Part shown: in pieces, positions 50,893 through 63,806 of the stretch
Layout: each line of letters opens with the position of its first letter
How positions within the stretch are numbered: position 1 is the first letter of the stretch
From: Chara braunii
Taxonomy: Eukaryota > Plantae > Charophyceae
Direction of reading: 5' to 3'
DNA length: 64,000 nt
Assembly (NCBI GenBank): GCA_003427395.1
Contig: BFEA01000010.1
Coordinates: forward strand, 2,497,202 to 2,561,201
Notes under the pieces: model-generated
What the model saw: the letters and a program-made list of their open reading frames with translations, nothing else
What the model was told of the DNA's origin: nothing
Database searches by the model: none
Program-made: the position numbers and the translations under genes

Positions 50893-53800
50893 AGTGGCAG
50901 GGACATGTGAAGGTCCCAGGAGAAACGGCGGAACGGCATAAGGAGAAAACAATTAAAACAAGATGCACCGTCAAGATCTCGATTTTAACGGCTAAAAATA
51001 TTGACACCACTAATGCAAGCACTAGTGGTAGCAAGCGGGAAGGCCAAAAGGAAAAGAAAAAAGTAAAGAAACATGAAGTGGAAGGCATGGAAGCAATCCG
51101 AAAAATCTCGGATTAGCCTCCCTCAAGAAAATGGAGTTAAAATTGACTCCATTTAAAAAATAGGCCTCCCGAAAAAAATCGGAGTAAGAGGGGGTACTGT
51201 GTGAGAGAAATAGAGGTAAAAGGAAGCTCCCATGGGCATGAGGGAGCCATTACTGCAGTAGGAGATATAACGGACTGCACCATGGGCATAGGGAGGGTCA
51301 AAACTAAGATCAAGGACCTAGAAAATGGCCTTAGCGACCACTTGACACTTGACCTGCTAGAAAAAAAAAAAAAAAAAATGCGGGAGAATAAGATAAAAAA
51401 AGTGAGAGAGAGTGACTGAGTTGCCCGTCAATAGGGACTTCCACAAGTAGGGACTGGCAGGTCTCTACCGTCAAAGAAAGGAGGAAAAATAAAAGAAAAG
51501 AAAAGGGAAAAAAAAAGAAAAGAAAAAAGGCCCTAACGGTAAAAAACGACCACTCGGGGAGACACATCCGTGACCAGGTACATTCTGGAATATGGCGGAT
51601 GCAAAGAACCTTGATTTATTCTTGATTTTGCAGAAAAAATAAAAAAAAATAAAGTCTCATGCAACCGAAATGCAACGGATTACCTGGGGGAGGAGAAACA
51701 CATGTTTTAGGTGCATCCGGAGTCAAAATTGAGTCCAGATGCACTTGAAAGTTGGTCATTTTTTTTTCCTTCAGTTTTGGGTTAGTTTTGGGATAAGGTG
51801 ACTAGGAAATTGACCCCCATTGCAGTCCGAGTTACAACGGACTTCATGGTGAAGAGAAAACACATGTTTTAGGTGCATCCGAGACCAATACTAAGCCCGG
51901 ATGCAATTGAGAATTGAGCGCTTCATTTTATTTCAACATGGGGCAAGTTGTGGGGCTGTGGGACTAGGAAAATGACCATAATTGCAGTCTGAGAAATATC
52001 GGACTGCATAAGGATGCCTAGGCTAAGAGAAAATGAGTCATGGCAAGCCCAAAAGGCTAAGAAAAGAGTGATTTCGGCACTGGGCAAATAAAGACGGTAA
52101 ACGGCAACCATGAGATGAGATCTCGCGGCCAAGAATAATCGGGCCGGGCACACATGGGGCACCTAAGGAAGGGATATTGGAACCACCAAGGAGAAAGAGG
52201 TCCTAAAAATAAAAGTGGGACATTATCCGGGACGTTGTCGAGGACTAAGTAGGCCCAAATAAAAATAGTCGAAAAATGGGACATTCGTCGGCGGGACTGC
52301 CGGAAGGATAAGAAAATGGAACTAGTATGGGGAGAGTGGCGGGGACTTGAGTTGTCCCAAGGTAACCATGAGCCAACATGAGGGATGGCCGCACATAGCA
52401 AACTGCACCGTCGAGATCAAGATCTAGACAGTGGAGAATATTAACACCACTAGTGCAAGCATTAGTAAGATCAAGTGGGAGAGTCGTGAGAGAAAAGAAA
52501 GCATGATGGAAGGGTTGTCCAGCAATCCGGGGTATTTCGGACTAGCTAGGCATGAGAAAATAGAGCTCCAAGAGGCTCAACATGAGAAAAAGGTTGTCAA
52601 AAAAAAAACGGAGCAAAGGGGGTCGAAAATTGAGACTAACGGAGGCAAAATGAAGCCCCCTTGAGTGTAGGGGCTTCATTATTGTGATCCGAGATATAAC
52701 AGTCAACCGTTGAGTCTGAATCTGGCCATAGATGAAGATCTATGGCCTAGAAAAAAACTCAACAGCCACTTGACACTTGTCACATCAGAAATAAAAGAAA
52801 AAGAAAAAAAAAAGAGAGAAAATGGAGGGAGAATGAAACAAAGGGGGAGAAAAGAGTGGAGGAGAATGTGCCGACCTATTAGGACGTGCACAGTAGGGAC
52901 TGACAGGTCTCTACAGTGACCTCATCCCTCCAAGATTCAAGGACGACAATTCGGAATGCAAAGATATGACCCTTGGGGCAGTATCTCCACAAAATCTTAA
53001 TTGAAAAGGCAAAATCAAGAGAAAATGAAAAAGAAAAATGACCGGTTTTCTTTTGGGTCATGGATCTGAGATTGGAGGAGGGAATATGGCTGTTTTTTAT
53101 GAGGCCTACCCAAACGGCCAACTCGGGAATGAGTTGGCAGCCCAAAATAGAAAGAAACAAAAGAGAGAAAAAACTAAAATTGTGCATTTGGCCCAAAAAG
53201 AGGGTCAGATGAAAAAAAAAATGAAAAGGTGAGCTTAGGGGCTCAAATTTGAAGCAAGGATTACTTGGGGCTGACACAGAATATTGTTGGCCTTAGATCT
53301 CATCCACATCCAAGGCTGAGAAGGCTCTGAGGCATGGGGAAATACCTCGGCTTACCAAAAACGGGATAGAAACTGAAAAAATCGATAAAAATACCCTCTA
53401 GGCCTTTTGCTCTCAAGTGAGGCTGCCCCTTGGGCATTAGGACCCAAGGGGGCAAGATTTTGAAAATCACAAAGAGGCTGAAGGAGACCAAGAGGCAATC
53501 CGAGTTGGTACCAACCACTCGGACTGCATGTACTTGGTCAAAATAAGGTCCGGGTACCTCCGGAATGGCCTAGTGGTAAAATTTTGTCATGGGGGTACCT
53601 CGGTTCAACTCAAGGCACATGAGGAGGCCCATGGGCTGGCCGCAGTGCTGGTTTCAGCCTACATAAGCTGAGGATTCAGTCCGCCACACTCAAATTTGCA
53701 TGAGGAGTGTCCATGCTGCCCAAGTGAGCTCATAGGAACACTTTTCTCACTTAGAGAGAAGAGAGGGGAACCCCTGCCAGTTTGGGAACTTAGAGGAGAT

Positions 53801-54324
53801 TATGAGCTAGTGGAGGGAGCTTTAGAGGTTAGTGGTAGTGAGGCTGGCATATGGAGGTGATCCGCCATAGCCCCTAGGTTGTAAGGAAGAGGGAGAGGTT
53901 AAAGGGAGTCTCATTAGCCTTCCTAGAGGGAGGACTCCATAGCCATAGCGGAAGGAGCTTGCAATAGCTTGGGAGAGGTTGATGGGCGGAGGGAGAAAAG
54001 GGTTTGAGGAAGGAGAAAGTCATAGCCAAGGTGATACTTGTGCAAAGAAGGGAGAAGGTTCATCAAGGTTGGTGCTTCATCTCCAAGTCACTAAGAAGGT
54101 GAGTGGAAAGGAGAAGATTCCTCTTCTTCTTCTTCTTCTTCTTTTTCTTCTTCTTCTTCTTCTTCTTCTTCCTCCCCTTCCCTTCCTTCTCCTGCTTTCC
54201 CAATGATCTCTTATTCATATCTCACCCTCTTCTTCTTCACCCCCTCTCTGTCTCTCCATAGGAACTTTCCTAAGCTTAGAGTCGATGGTAGGGAACCTTC
54301 TCACTAGTAATGATCTCTCCATGG

Positions 54325-55680
54325 GCTCATTCTTCACTCTCATGTGAATCGTCACTCCCCCCTTGAGTGAATTTCACTCACTCTTCTCTCACTTTCTCTC
54401 CGTTTCTTCACTTAGGAGCAAATCACAACTCTTGTGTTTGTTTAATCTAGTATTTTGATGATGATGATTACCTCTTGTTTAGTCAATTTCGCCACTCCCA
54501 TGTGAATCGCCACTTCCCCCATTGTGATTTCCTGCATTTGAGAGAGTTTCACTCACTCTCCCCTCCCTTTCTCTCCACTTCTTCACTTAGGAGCAAATCT
54601 CAACTCTTGTGTTTGCTTAATCTAGTGTTTTGATGATGATTACCTCGTGTTTAGTCCATTCCTCCACTCCCATGTGAAGCGTCACTTCGCCCCCTTGTGA
54701 TTTTCTGCATTTTAGAGAGTTTCACTCACTCTTCCCTCCCTTTCTTTCCACTTCTTCACTTGGGAGCAAATCGCAACTCTTGTTTGTGTCTTCTCTACTG
54801 TTTGAATGATGTTTCTATCTTGGTTTGTCCTTTTCTTCACTCCCATGTGAAGCGTCACTTTCCACCTTGTGATTTCGTCCATTTGAGAGAGTTTCACTCA
54901 CTCTTCTCTCCCTTTCTCTCCACTTCTTCACTTGGGAGCAAATCGCAAGTCTTGTTCGTGTTTTCTCTAGTGTTTGGCTGATGTTTCTCTCTTGCTTTGT
55001 CCTTTTCTTCACTCCCATATGAAGCGCCACACCCCCCTTGTGATTTCATGCATTTGAGTGAGTTTCACTCAATCTTCTCTCACTTTCTCTCCATCTCTTC
55101 ACTTGGGAGTAAATCGCAACTCTTGTTTGTGTTTTGTCTAGTGTTTGGAGGATGTTTCTCTCTTGTTTTGTCTTTTTTTTCACTCCCATGTGAAGCATCA
55201 CTTCCCACCTTGTAATTTCATGCATTTGAGAGAAGTTCCACTCACTTTTCCCTCCCTTTCTCTCCACTTCTCCACTTGGGAGCAAATTGCAATTTTTCTT
55301 TGTGTCTTCTCTAGTGTTTGGATGATGTTTCTCTCTTGTTTTGTCCTTTTTTTCACTCCCATGTGAAGCGTCACTTCCTGCCTTGTGATTTCCTGCATTT
55401 GAGAGAGTTCTACTCACTCTTCTCTCTCTTTCTCTCCACGTCTTCACTTGGGAGCAAATCACAACTCTTGTTTGTGTTTTCTCTTGTGTTTGGATGATGT
55501 TTCTCTCTTGTTTTATCCTTTTCTTAACTCCCATGTAAAGCGTCACTTCCCACCTTGTGATTTCGTGCATTTGAGAGAGTTTCACTTACTTTTCCCTCCC
55601 TTCCTCTCCACTTTTTCACTTAGGAGCAAATCGCAACTCTTGTCCATGCTTGCTCTGGTGTTTTGATGGTTCCTCTCACC
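54325..55680 (+). repeat. ~172-bp satellite, about 8 copies
   Basis: GAG(C/T)AAAT anchors at 54416, 54591, 54764, 54936, 55107, 55280, 55452, 55624. Confidence 0.92.
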
Positions 55681-55716
55681 TACTTCGCTCAGTTTTCTCA
55701 CATGATGACATTTTGT

Positions 55717-56163
55717 TGTCGGTGCGAATACCCTGACAAGGGTATCCGCCCTGGGTTTACAAATAACAGGAAGTAAGTTTAAAAATCCACGTGTACCGCG
55801 CGAGTCGCGGCTAAGTCTGTTGGGTTACATTGGTAGGGTGGTTGAGTAGAGTAGAGCATGAGTGGGCGCGCAGTCTTGAGGCGCGCGTGTGATTCCTCCG
55901 TTTGATGAAGCAGCCGGCTTAGTTGGCTGGCTTGATTTTTTTATTAGGAATAAAAGGTTTGTTTTTATTTAGGGCGGTTGACCACTGATAGGCCTGATGT
56001 ACGAGGTAGGGGCTCACGAGAGGTATGGCTGGCGCACTCGGCCGGAGCGGCTTGCGAAAGCTCCATGTATATTTGCGACGAAGGATTAAATCCAACTCCT
56101 GCGTGACGCGACCGGGAGGGTCCCGCGCTGCCCTTGAGTGGTGCTGGACCGATGCGCTCGACA
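55717..56163. mobile_element. 447-bp TGTCG...CGACA insertion in the 92-bp satellite
   Basis: Flanks TTGT/CCGT; reverse complement begins TGTCGAGCGCA (as 30146) and ends ATACCCTTGT...CGACA (as 39239-39267). Confidence 0.8.
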
Positions 56164-56800
56164 CCGTTTCATTCTTGGTTGCGTTCATGAACTTCAAGCA
56201 TTTGTTTGAGCAAGTCTCACTCACATGCATGACTCAACTCTCACATGATGATGTTTCGTTGCATTATTGGTTGCATCCGTGAGCTACAAACATGTGTTTG
56301 AGCAAGTTTCACTCACATGCATGACTCATCTCTCACATGATAATGTTCCATTGTATTCTTGATTGCCTTCATGAACTTCAAGCATGTGTTTGAGCAAGTT
56401 TCATTCATCTGCATGACTCATCTCTCATATGATGATGTTCCATTGTATTCTTGATTGCCTTCATGAGCTTCACGCATGTGTTTGAGCAAGTCGCACTCAC
56501 GTGCATGGCTCATCTCTCACGTGATGATGTTCCATTGCATTCTTGATTCCTTTCATGAGCTTCAAGCATATGTTTGAGCAAGTCTCACTCACATGTATGA
56601 CTTATCTCTCATTTGATGATGTTCCATTGTATTCTTGATTGCCTTCATGAGCTTCAAGCATGTGTTTGAGCAAGTCTCACTCATGTGCATGACTCATCCC
56701 TCACTTGACGATGTTCCATTGCATTCTTGATTGCTTTCATGAGCTTCAAGCATGTGTTTGAGCAAGTCTCACTCACATGCATGACTCATCTCTCACAAGA
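56164..56800 (+). repeat. 92-bp satellite, about 7 copies
   Basis: CATGTGTTTGAGCAAG anchors at 56291, 56383, 56475. Confidence 0.92.
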
Positions 56801-58805
56801 TAATATTCCGATTCATACTTGGCTGTTTCACTACTCACATGCATGTGTTCTCACTATTCACACCCTCACTTGTCAAGTTCATGCCTCGATGATTTTCCGG
56901 TTCTCACTTGGCTGTTCAACTGCTCATATGCATGTGTTCTCGCTAGTTCCACCCTCACTTTGTCAAGTTCATGCATTTGGTGATGTTTTGATTCTTACTT
57001 GGCTGTTCAACTACTCATGTGCATGTGTTCCCACTACTCAAACTCTCATTTTATCAAGTTCATGCATTTGGTACTGTTCCGATTCTCACTTGGTTGTTCT
57101 ACTACTCATGTGCATATGTTATCGCTAGTTCCACCCTCACTTTGTCAACTTCATGCATTGGTAATGTTCCAATTACCTTTAGCTGTTCTACTTCTCATGA
57201 ACATGTGTTCTCACTATTCACACCCTCACTTTGTCAAGTTCATGCCTTTGATAATGTTTCGATTCACACTTGGTTGTTCTACTACTCTTCTGCATGTATT
57301 CTCACTAGTTTCATCCTCACTTTGTCTAGTTCATGCCTTTGGTAATGTTCTGATTCGCACTTGGCTGTTCTACTACTCATGAACATGTGTTCTCACTACT
57401 CACGCCCTCACCTTGTCAAGTTCATGCATTTGGTAATGTTTCGATTCTCACTTAGCTGTTCTACTACTCTTGTGCATGTGTTCTCGCTAGTTTCATCCTN
57501 CCCTCACCTTGTCAAGTTCATGCATTTGGTAATGTTTCGATTCTCACTTAGCTGTTCTACTACTCTTGTGCATGTGTTCTCGCTAGTTTCATCCTCACTT
57601 TGTCAAGTTCATGCATTTGGTAATACTCTGATTCACACTTGGTTGTTCCCACACTCATATGCATGTATTCCCACTAGTCACACCCTCACCTTGTCAAGTT
57701 CATGCATTTGGTAATGTTCCGATTCACACTTGGTTGTTCCACTACTCACATGCATGTGTTGTCACTAGTCACACCCTCACTTGTCAAGTTCATGCATTTG
57801 ATAATGTTCCGATTCACACTTGGCTGTTCCACTACTCACATGCATGTGTCTCACTAGTCACACCCTCAGTTGTCAAGTTCATGCCTTGATGATTGTCCGG
57901 TTCTCACTTAGCTGTTCAACTACTTATGCGCATGTGTTCTCACTAGTTCCACCCTCACTTTGTCAAGTTCATGCATTTGGTAATGTTCCGATTCTCACTT
58001 GGTTGTTCAACTACTCATGTGCATGTGTTCTCACTACTCACACCCTAATTTTGCCAAGTTCATGCATTTGGTAATACTCTGATTCTCACTTGGCTGTTTT
58101 ACTACTCATATGCATGTGTTCTCGCTAGTTTCACCGTCACTTCATCAAGTTCAGGCATTTGGTAATGTTCCGATTCTCAGTTAGCTGTTCTACTACTCAT
58201 GTGCATGTTTTATCGCTAGTTCCACCCTCACTTTGTCAAGTTCATGCATTTGGTAGTGTTCCGATTCACCCTTGGCCGTTCTACTATTCATGAACATGTG
58301 TTCTCATTACTCACACCCTCACCTTGTCAAGTTCATGCCTTTGATAATGTTCCGATTCACACTTGGCTGTTCTACTACTCATGTGCGTGTATTCTCACTG
58401 GTCACATCCTCACTTTGTCTAGTTCATGCCTTTGATAATGCTCCATTCACACTTGGCTGTTCTAGTACTCATGTGCATGTATTCTCACTAGTTTCACCCT
58501 CACTTTGTCTAGTTCATGCCTTTGGTAATGTTCCAATTCACACTTGGTTATTCTACTACTCATGTGCATGTGTTTCCATCGGTCTCACTTTGTCAAGTTC
58601 GTGCCTTGATGATTGTCCGGTTCACACTTGGCTGCTCCACTATTCATGTGCATGTGTCTCCATCGGTTACACCCTCACCTTGTCAAGTTCATGTATTTGG
58701 TAGTTGTCTGATTCTCACGTAGATGTTCCACTACTCGTATGCGTGTGCTCACACTAATCACACTCGTTTTGTCAAGTCCATGTAACTAGTGATGGCCAAT
58801 TCGCA
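56801..58805 (+). repeat. ~91-bp satellite, about 22 copies
   Basis: TGTCAAGTTCATGCATTTGGTAATGTTCCGATTCACACTTGG units. Confidence 0.92.
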
Positions 58806-58995
58806 CTTGGCTGTTACTGCTGTGGGATGGGTGACCGACGCTTGGCTGCTACTGTTGTGGGATGGGTGAGCGACACTTGGCTGCTACTGTTGTGGGATGG
58901 GTGACTGACACTTAGCTGCTACTGATGTGGGATGGGTGACCGGCACTTGGCTACTACTGTTGTGGGATGAGTGACTGACACTTGGCTGCTACTAC
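58806..58995 (+). repeat. 35-bp tandem repeat, about 5.5 copies
   Basis: CTTGGCTGCTACTGTTGTGGGATGGGTGACTGACA at an exact 35-bp period. Confidence 0.92.
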
Positions 58996-61900
58996 TGAAG
59001 GGTGAATTGATTAAGACTAGGAGTTCCTCCTCTCTCTCTCCCTCTCCTTTCTTCCTCTATCGATCCTTCCCTTTCTCTCTCCCCTCCCTCCTTCTCTCCC
59101 TCTTTCTTCCTCTCTCTCTCTCTCTCCCTCTCTTTCTCTCTTTCTCTCTGTCTCTCTCTCTTTCTTTCTCTCCTTCTCTCTCTCTCTTTCTCTCTTTTCT
59201 CGCTCTTCGTCTGACCCTCTCCCCCTTCCACCACTTGGCATATAACTAAACCTTCCCACTCACATGTTACATTGTCAGGGAAACGAACGGTGCAAAAAAG
59301 TTGTCCTCACTTGGCGGAGAAAGTGGGCAAGGGGAGGGTTGTCGATCCCTTGCACCGCCAAGAAGGACTGAAAGAGACACTTCAAGCATTGAGAGGAGCC
59401 GAGTCCGGAAAAGGGCTAGAGGAAGTTATTGCTTGAAGCAAGGTCAGTTGACTCACTATTTTCCCGACTGCGTGACTATGCAAAGAGGATGGACTGATTG
59501 AGCAAAAAGAAGGAGAATGAAGAGAAGTCAAAGGAAAAGAAAGTTAGGCATGCGTGGAGGGCTATGTGTTGACCCCAATGGGGGGTTGTATCGGTCTTTG
59601 CCTTTGCGTGGGATTGTGCTGGTAAGTAAGTCTTGGGATGCCTTGAGCGGGACCGGGCTGGGGAAACCGGGCCGCAAAGGAAAAGGGAAGAGGGGCAAAG
59701 GGGGCTACGAGGCCCTTAGCGAAAAATCAACCCACGAAAGAGATCTTTGTGCATGAGATTTGGGGAGTGAATGAAAGAAGGGAGTGAGATTTTTGTTGAT
59801 CCGAATGAGAGGTAGCCTGTGCATGCGTTTGAAGGTCCCGAAAAGACTAAGGGGCTTGCTCTAATAATGGCAGATAGAATGTATGAGGCACAAGGAGTGC
59901 GTAGAGGCGAGGGGAAAAGTCGGCGTTGTCGCACCCCGATGACGCCATAGGATTGTTGTGCTTAGGGAAATGGTGCGTGGCCTAAGGATGACGCTTAGCC
60001 TACACACAAAAGAAGAGGAACTCTCAAAGAACCCTTGGACTACCTGTGTATTGGAAGGAGCATTTGCTTGAGAACACAACCAAGTATAAAAAAATCGGCG
60101 TTTGCGAAATGACCAGCGAGACTACCACCCGGAGCGAGGGTTGAGCTACGTCCCCAATGTCAAAGCTCTCTCGCTCGATGGTCCACCCCCATCCATCTCA
60201 AAGCACTAGGTGGGGGTGACCCTGGGACAAATGGCCCGCGCCCTGAGCGTGAGCGTCGGCGGGCCGAGCCAACTAGGACCCCCAGCGGGGTCGACCAAGA
60301 CTCGAAAGTCTACCGGGGTTTGGCCCTACAAAAATGGTAGAGGTGATGGGCATAGGGTTAAACATACCCTTGCGTGTACACAACTTAAGAGAAGGAAATT
60401 GGACTTGTGCTTGCTCTTTCCCTTGATAAAATTAGACTTGAGGGTAGCTGGGCGCATGGCATGGTTAGGCCTGGAGGTATAACATGCATGTTGCACACTT
60501 GATCATCTTGCTCCTTTATGGAGTAGCTCTAGCCCCCCTTCCTCCGGTGCTGGTGTTCGCCAGTCTACGGAAGCTTCGGGCAAGCCGCAGGTCGACCCTT
60601 CCTCTTCGTATGAAAGAAGGGCTCCGGTTAACTGGCAGGCGGTTCGTGCTTTGGCCTCGGCCGGGGTCCAATGAAAATCCCGCGGCGGAGTGATCCATCC
60701 AGATGGGTGTTTTTTTCCCTTCTTCTTCTGAGCCCAGCGGGCTCATGCACTATACACTTGAAATGCTTGAAGGAACCAACATGAACATAAGGGTCATCGA
60801 GAAGGAACAATCCTACCTTATGAAAGGACAAACGAAGAAAGACAAAGGGAATGAAGGGAGTTGCTAGACTCCAAAGAAAACTAGCTCACCTTTGAAGATG
60901 CTCACGAAAAGGAACCGGTCATTGTGTATGGACAATTGGTGGAGTGGCACACACTATCATGAGAGAAAAACAGTAATATATGGGTAGGTTGCGCCAAATG
61001 CACCTTTGGGAAAGACACTTGTTCTATGTGTGCCCCACTTGGAACTTGTGATCTGCATGAGGGGAATTGAGCGTCCTGCCTTCGGAAGGAAAGGATGGGT
61101 CTGCACAAGTTGGTGCGTGATTGCGAAACATTGTTTTTATCGTAGTGTCGTCGGGTCTCATATGCGGACATCGGACCACCGAGCTGTTGGACAGGAGTTG
61201 GTCTCGCCGGTTGATTACTAGCACCCTCTTCCGGGCGGACCGAGCATGGCTCGACACCTTGCCCAGGCGGGATGCGAAATGTCTCCTCAGGCGGGGCTCT
61301 AGCTTGTCGGTTGGCGGAGGGGGATCATTGTATGTGAGGCAAGGAGGGAGCCTCGGAGACGATTAGTAGCTTCCCGTAGTACGGTTTGGGAAAGGCTGAT
61401 TCTTGTTGGACCGATGAAAGTGAATGCCCGGACGAGTGACTTTTGCTCCTAGCGAAGTGCGCGGGGTGATTCCCGGTACGAATGGGGTACGCAAGGGCGG
61501 CAAAACGGGATAGGGTATTTTGGGCGAATGGAGAGGGGTAACACTCTGTGTCGGAGTTTGGGTACTGCCCTCGTGACGGTTAAGTTGCGCTTAAGGTATG
61601 GGATAAAACTCTACCGAAAGTACCAGCGGAGAGACCACATTGGGAAAGGTCGGTGAGGAGATGATTGTGCCTTGTATGTGAGATTGCCTGAGTTTTCGTG
61701 TTTTGTATCCCCCTATGTAAAGATGATTGCGATCTGAGTTGTTAGGTGGGGCTATGATTCTAGTCTATTCTCACCCCCTGCCTAAGTCCGCACGAGTGAG
61801 TGAAGATCATGAGACGAAGAGATAGGGGTCAGTTTAAAGGAACCGAGAAAATAAGCTTGGGTGAAAAGGGCCGACTTGGGGAAGGGTATCCAAAGAAGGT

Positions 61901-62043
61901 TAGGATTTGAGAGTTGAGAAGGTAAACTAGGCTAGACCTTGATGAGGGGTCTGAAATATTCTCATCCAGGATTTAGGCTGATCGGACTCGAGAACCGGGG
62001 CGGTGTCTGGCTGTGAAAAATAGGGTCTGGTGCCGGAACGAAG

Positions 62044-62844
62044 ATGGCGTGGTGGTTGTCGTCCCCAATCTATTTCAGCGGACCGGAAATGTCAATAGAT
62101 GTTAGGGACGAGGTATCCGTCGTCCTGCCAGAAGAAGGAACCTGGACGGATCTAGAACCTGCGTATCAAACCATGATGTTGGGCAATAGGGATGCCTTCC
62201 TTTGGATAGAAACGATGTGGACCAAGGTCAACCTAACCCGGCTAACGCCAAGCCAGACGGATTTGGAATTTCAGGGGACTGTGGAAGCCCGGGGTTGGAT
62301 CTACCTGTCTAAGGAAGGGGAGAACGCAATGGTAGACTTGGCGTTAGGGATAGTTCCGTACCAATTATTCAGGCAGGCGGAACGAGAAGTAGTGTGGGCT
62401 GCGTGTCAGCGGGTGGAAATGGAACTGGAAAAGATAGATGTGCGGGTGAAACTCGGAGATAGAGGGAATGTAAGGCAGCCGCTCAGGACGATGAGGTGCA
62501 CCGTGCCTCCGTTCTTGGTGGACGTTGTCTTCGGGACCCGGAGTAGGCTGGTGCAGATATGCCAGTCCATGACGAACCTCGGACTGTACAAGGGCGCCCG
62601 ACAGGACTTCTTTCGTCTATCGGTCGAAATGGGACCCTTCGAAGAGAATTGGGCAAAGGAACTGGCTGAGATACTAAAGTGCCTCAGCACGGATGAGGTG
62701 TTTGTCCCGAGTTTCGTCCATTGGAAGATATTTTATAGGAATGTGGTGATAGGAGAGATGTTTGTGGATGGGTTGAAAAATATATGGTACGAGGAAGAGG
62801 ACGATCTTACCGATGAAGACGAAGATGATGCAATCGAAGACTGA
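62044..62844 (+). CDS. Unknown-family paralog ORF1 (right copy), intact 266 aa with acidic tail
   Basis: Open frame; start and C-terminal region conserved in the left copy; many synonymous third-position differences between copies. Confidence 0.85.
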   Translation: MAWWLSSPIYFSGPEMSIDVRDEVSVVLPEEGTWTDLEPAYQTMMLGNRDAFLWIETMWTKVNLTRLTPSQTDLEFQGTVEARGWIYLSKEGENAMVDLALGIVPYQLFRQAEREVVWAACQRVEMELEKIDVRVKLGDRGNVRQPLRTMRCTVPPFLVDVVFGTRSRLVQICQSMTNLGLYKGARQDFFRLSVEMGPFEENWAKELAEILKCLSTDEVFVPSFVHWKIFYRNVVIGEMFVDGLKNIWYEEEDDLTDEDEDDAIED

Positions 62845-62911
62845 GACTTTTGAGGAAAGGGTCCGTGGGGCAGAAATGATGGGGGTGGTCGGCGTTGTGC
62901 AGGGTACCAGC

Positions 62912-63665
62912 ATGGCTAGGGAACAACGCTTAAACAGTCGGATGTTTAGGGGATGGGAGCGAAGACAGTTCGAGGGAGGAGTAGAGATGACCCTACCAAC
63001 AAGAAATGAGTGGAGAGGAACGACTTGTGAGTGGGTAGGGGAAGCAATCGCATCAGAACTATCGTTCCTATGGGTAGAAAGAGTATGGAACCCATATTGA
63101 GGGAGGAAGAAGGATGGGACGACATAGCTGAGGGAAATGTAGAAGCCCTCGAGACGATCTACTTATCAAGAAGGGGGTGGCATCTGTTCTGCGTAACGTT
63201 GGCGTCTGGGCAAGACCCAATGTGGATCTTAGGAGGGGTCGAGCGACGGACTCGTGATATGGGTTACGAATTCGCCAACAAGGGATGGGATGAGGTAAGC
63301 TGTAGCGTTGCAATAGGAGGCTCGGAGGAATTCAGGCTGCCGTGCCAGATAGTTCAGGCCTGGGTGCCACGCTTTGTGGCAGACTGGTTTGGAGGATACG
63401 AACACATCCTCGTGGTGGCGAAACCTTAGATGAAGTAAACCTGGGTTTTTCATGGCTAGTCGACGCTTACTACAAGATCTCGTTGGAAATGGGACCGTTC
63501 CATGGGGATAGGGGAAAAGAGGTCGTCGACATCCTGAAAATTTTTAAGGAAGACTGGCTCGAGGTGGACAACGGGGCCGAGGATGCGATACCACGCCGCG
63601 AGGTAGCAACGACCCCCTCGTATATAGGAGATGTGTTTCTATTGTTCGAAGTACTGTGGGAATAG
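62912..63665 (+). pseudogene. Unknown-family paralog ORF2 (right copy), frameshifts near 63095 and 63425
   Basis: GGVEMTLPTRNEWRGT..FLWVERVWNP / EGNVEALETIYLSRRGW..FVADWFGG / YYKISLEMGPF..EVVDIL. Confidence 0.78.
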
Positions 63666-63806
63666 CCGAAAGATCAACACAAAGGCAAGGGCGACAAAAA
63701 GGATGGGGTAAGAAGGCACGAGGATAGCTAGCGATGTCCAGAGGAGCGGATGAAATAAGAGGAATTCGTTTTCTGTCTGAACCATGCAGGAACCCACCAA
63801 CCGGCA

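Noticed and set aside
56150-56167. GCTCGACA+CCGT as the far end and TSD of element C
   Set aside because: Followed by 92-bp satellite rather than the rest of LTR B, and it has its own TGTCG start at 55717
56727-58722. His/Cys-rich repetitive ORFs (CQVHAFG...), also 46160-46864
   Set aside because: Translations of the 91-bp satellite; the unit length is not a multiple of three and frames shift each unit
61121-61366. Short ORF open in both arms (counterpart 39465-39671)
   Set aside because: Differences between the copies are mostly non-synonymous in this frame, and the frames that would make them synonymous contain stops
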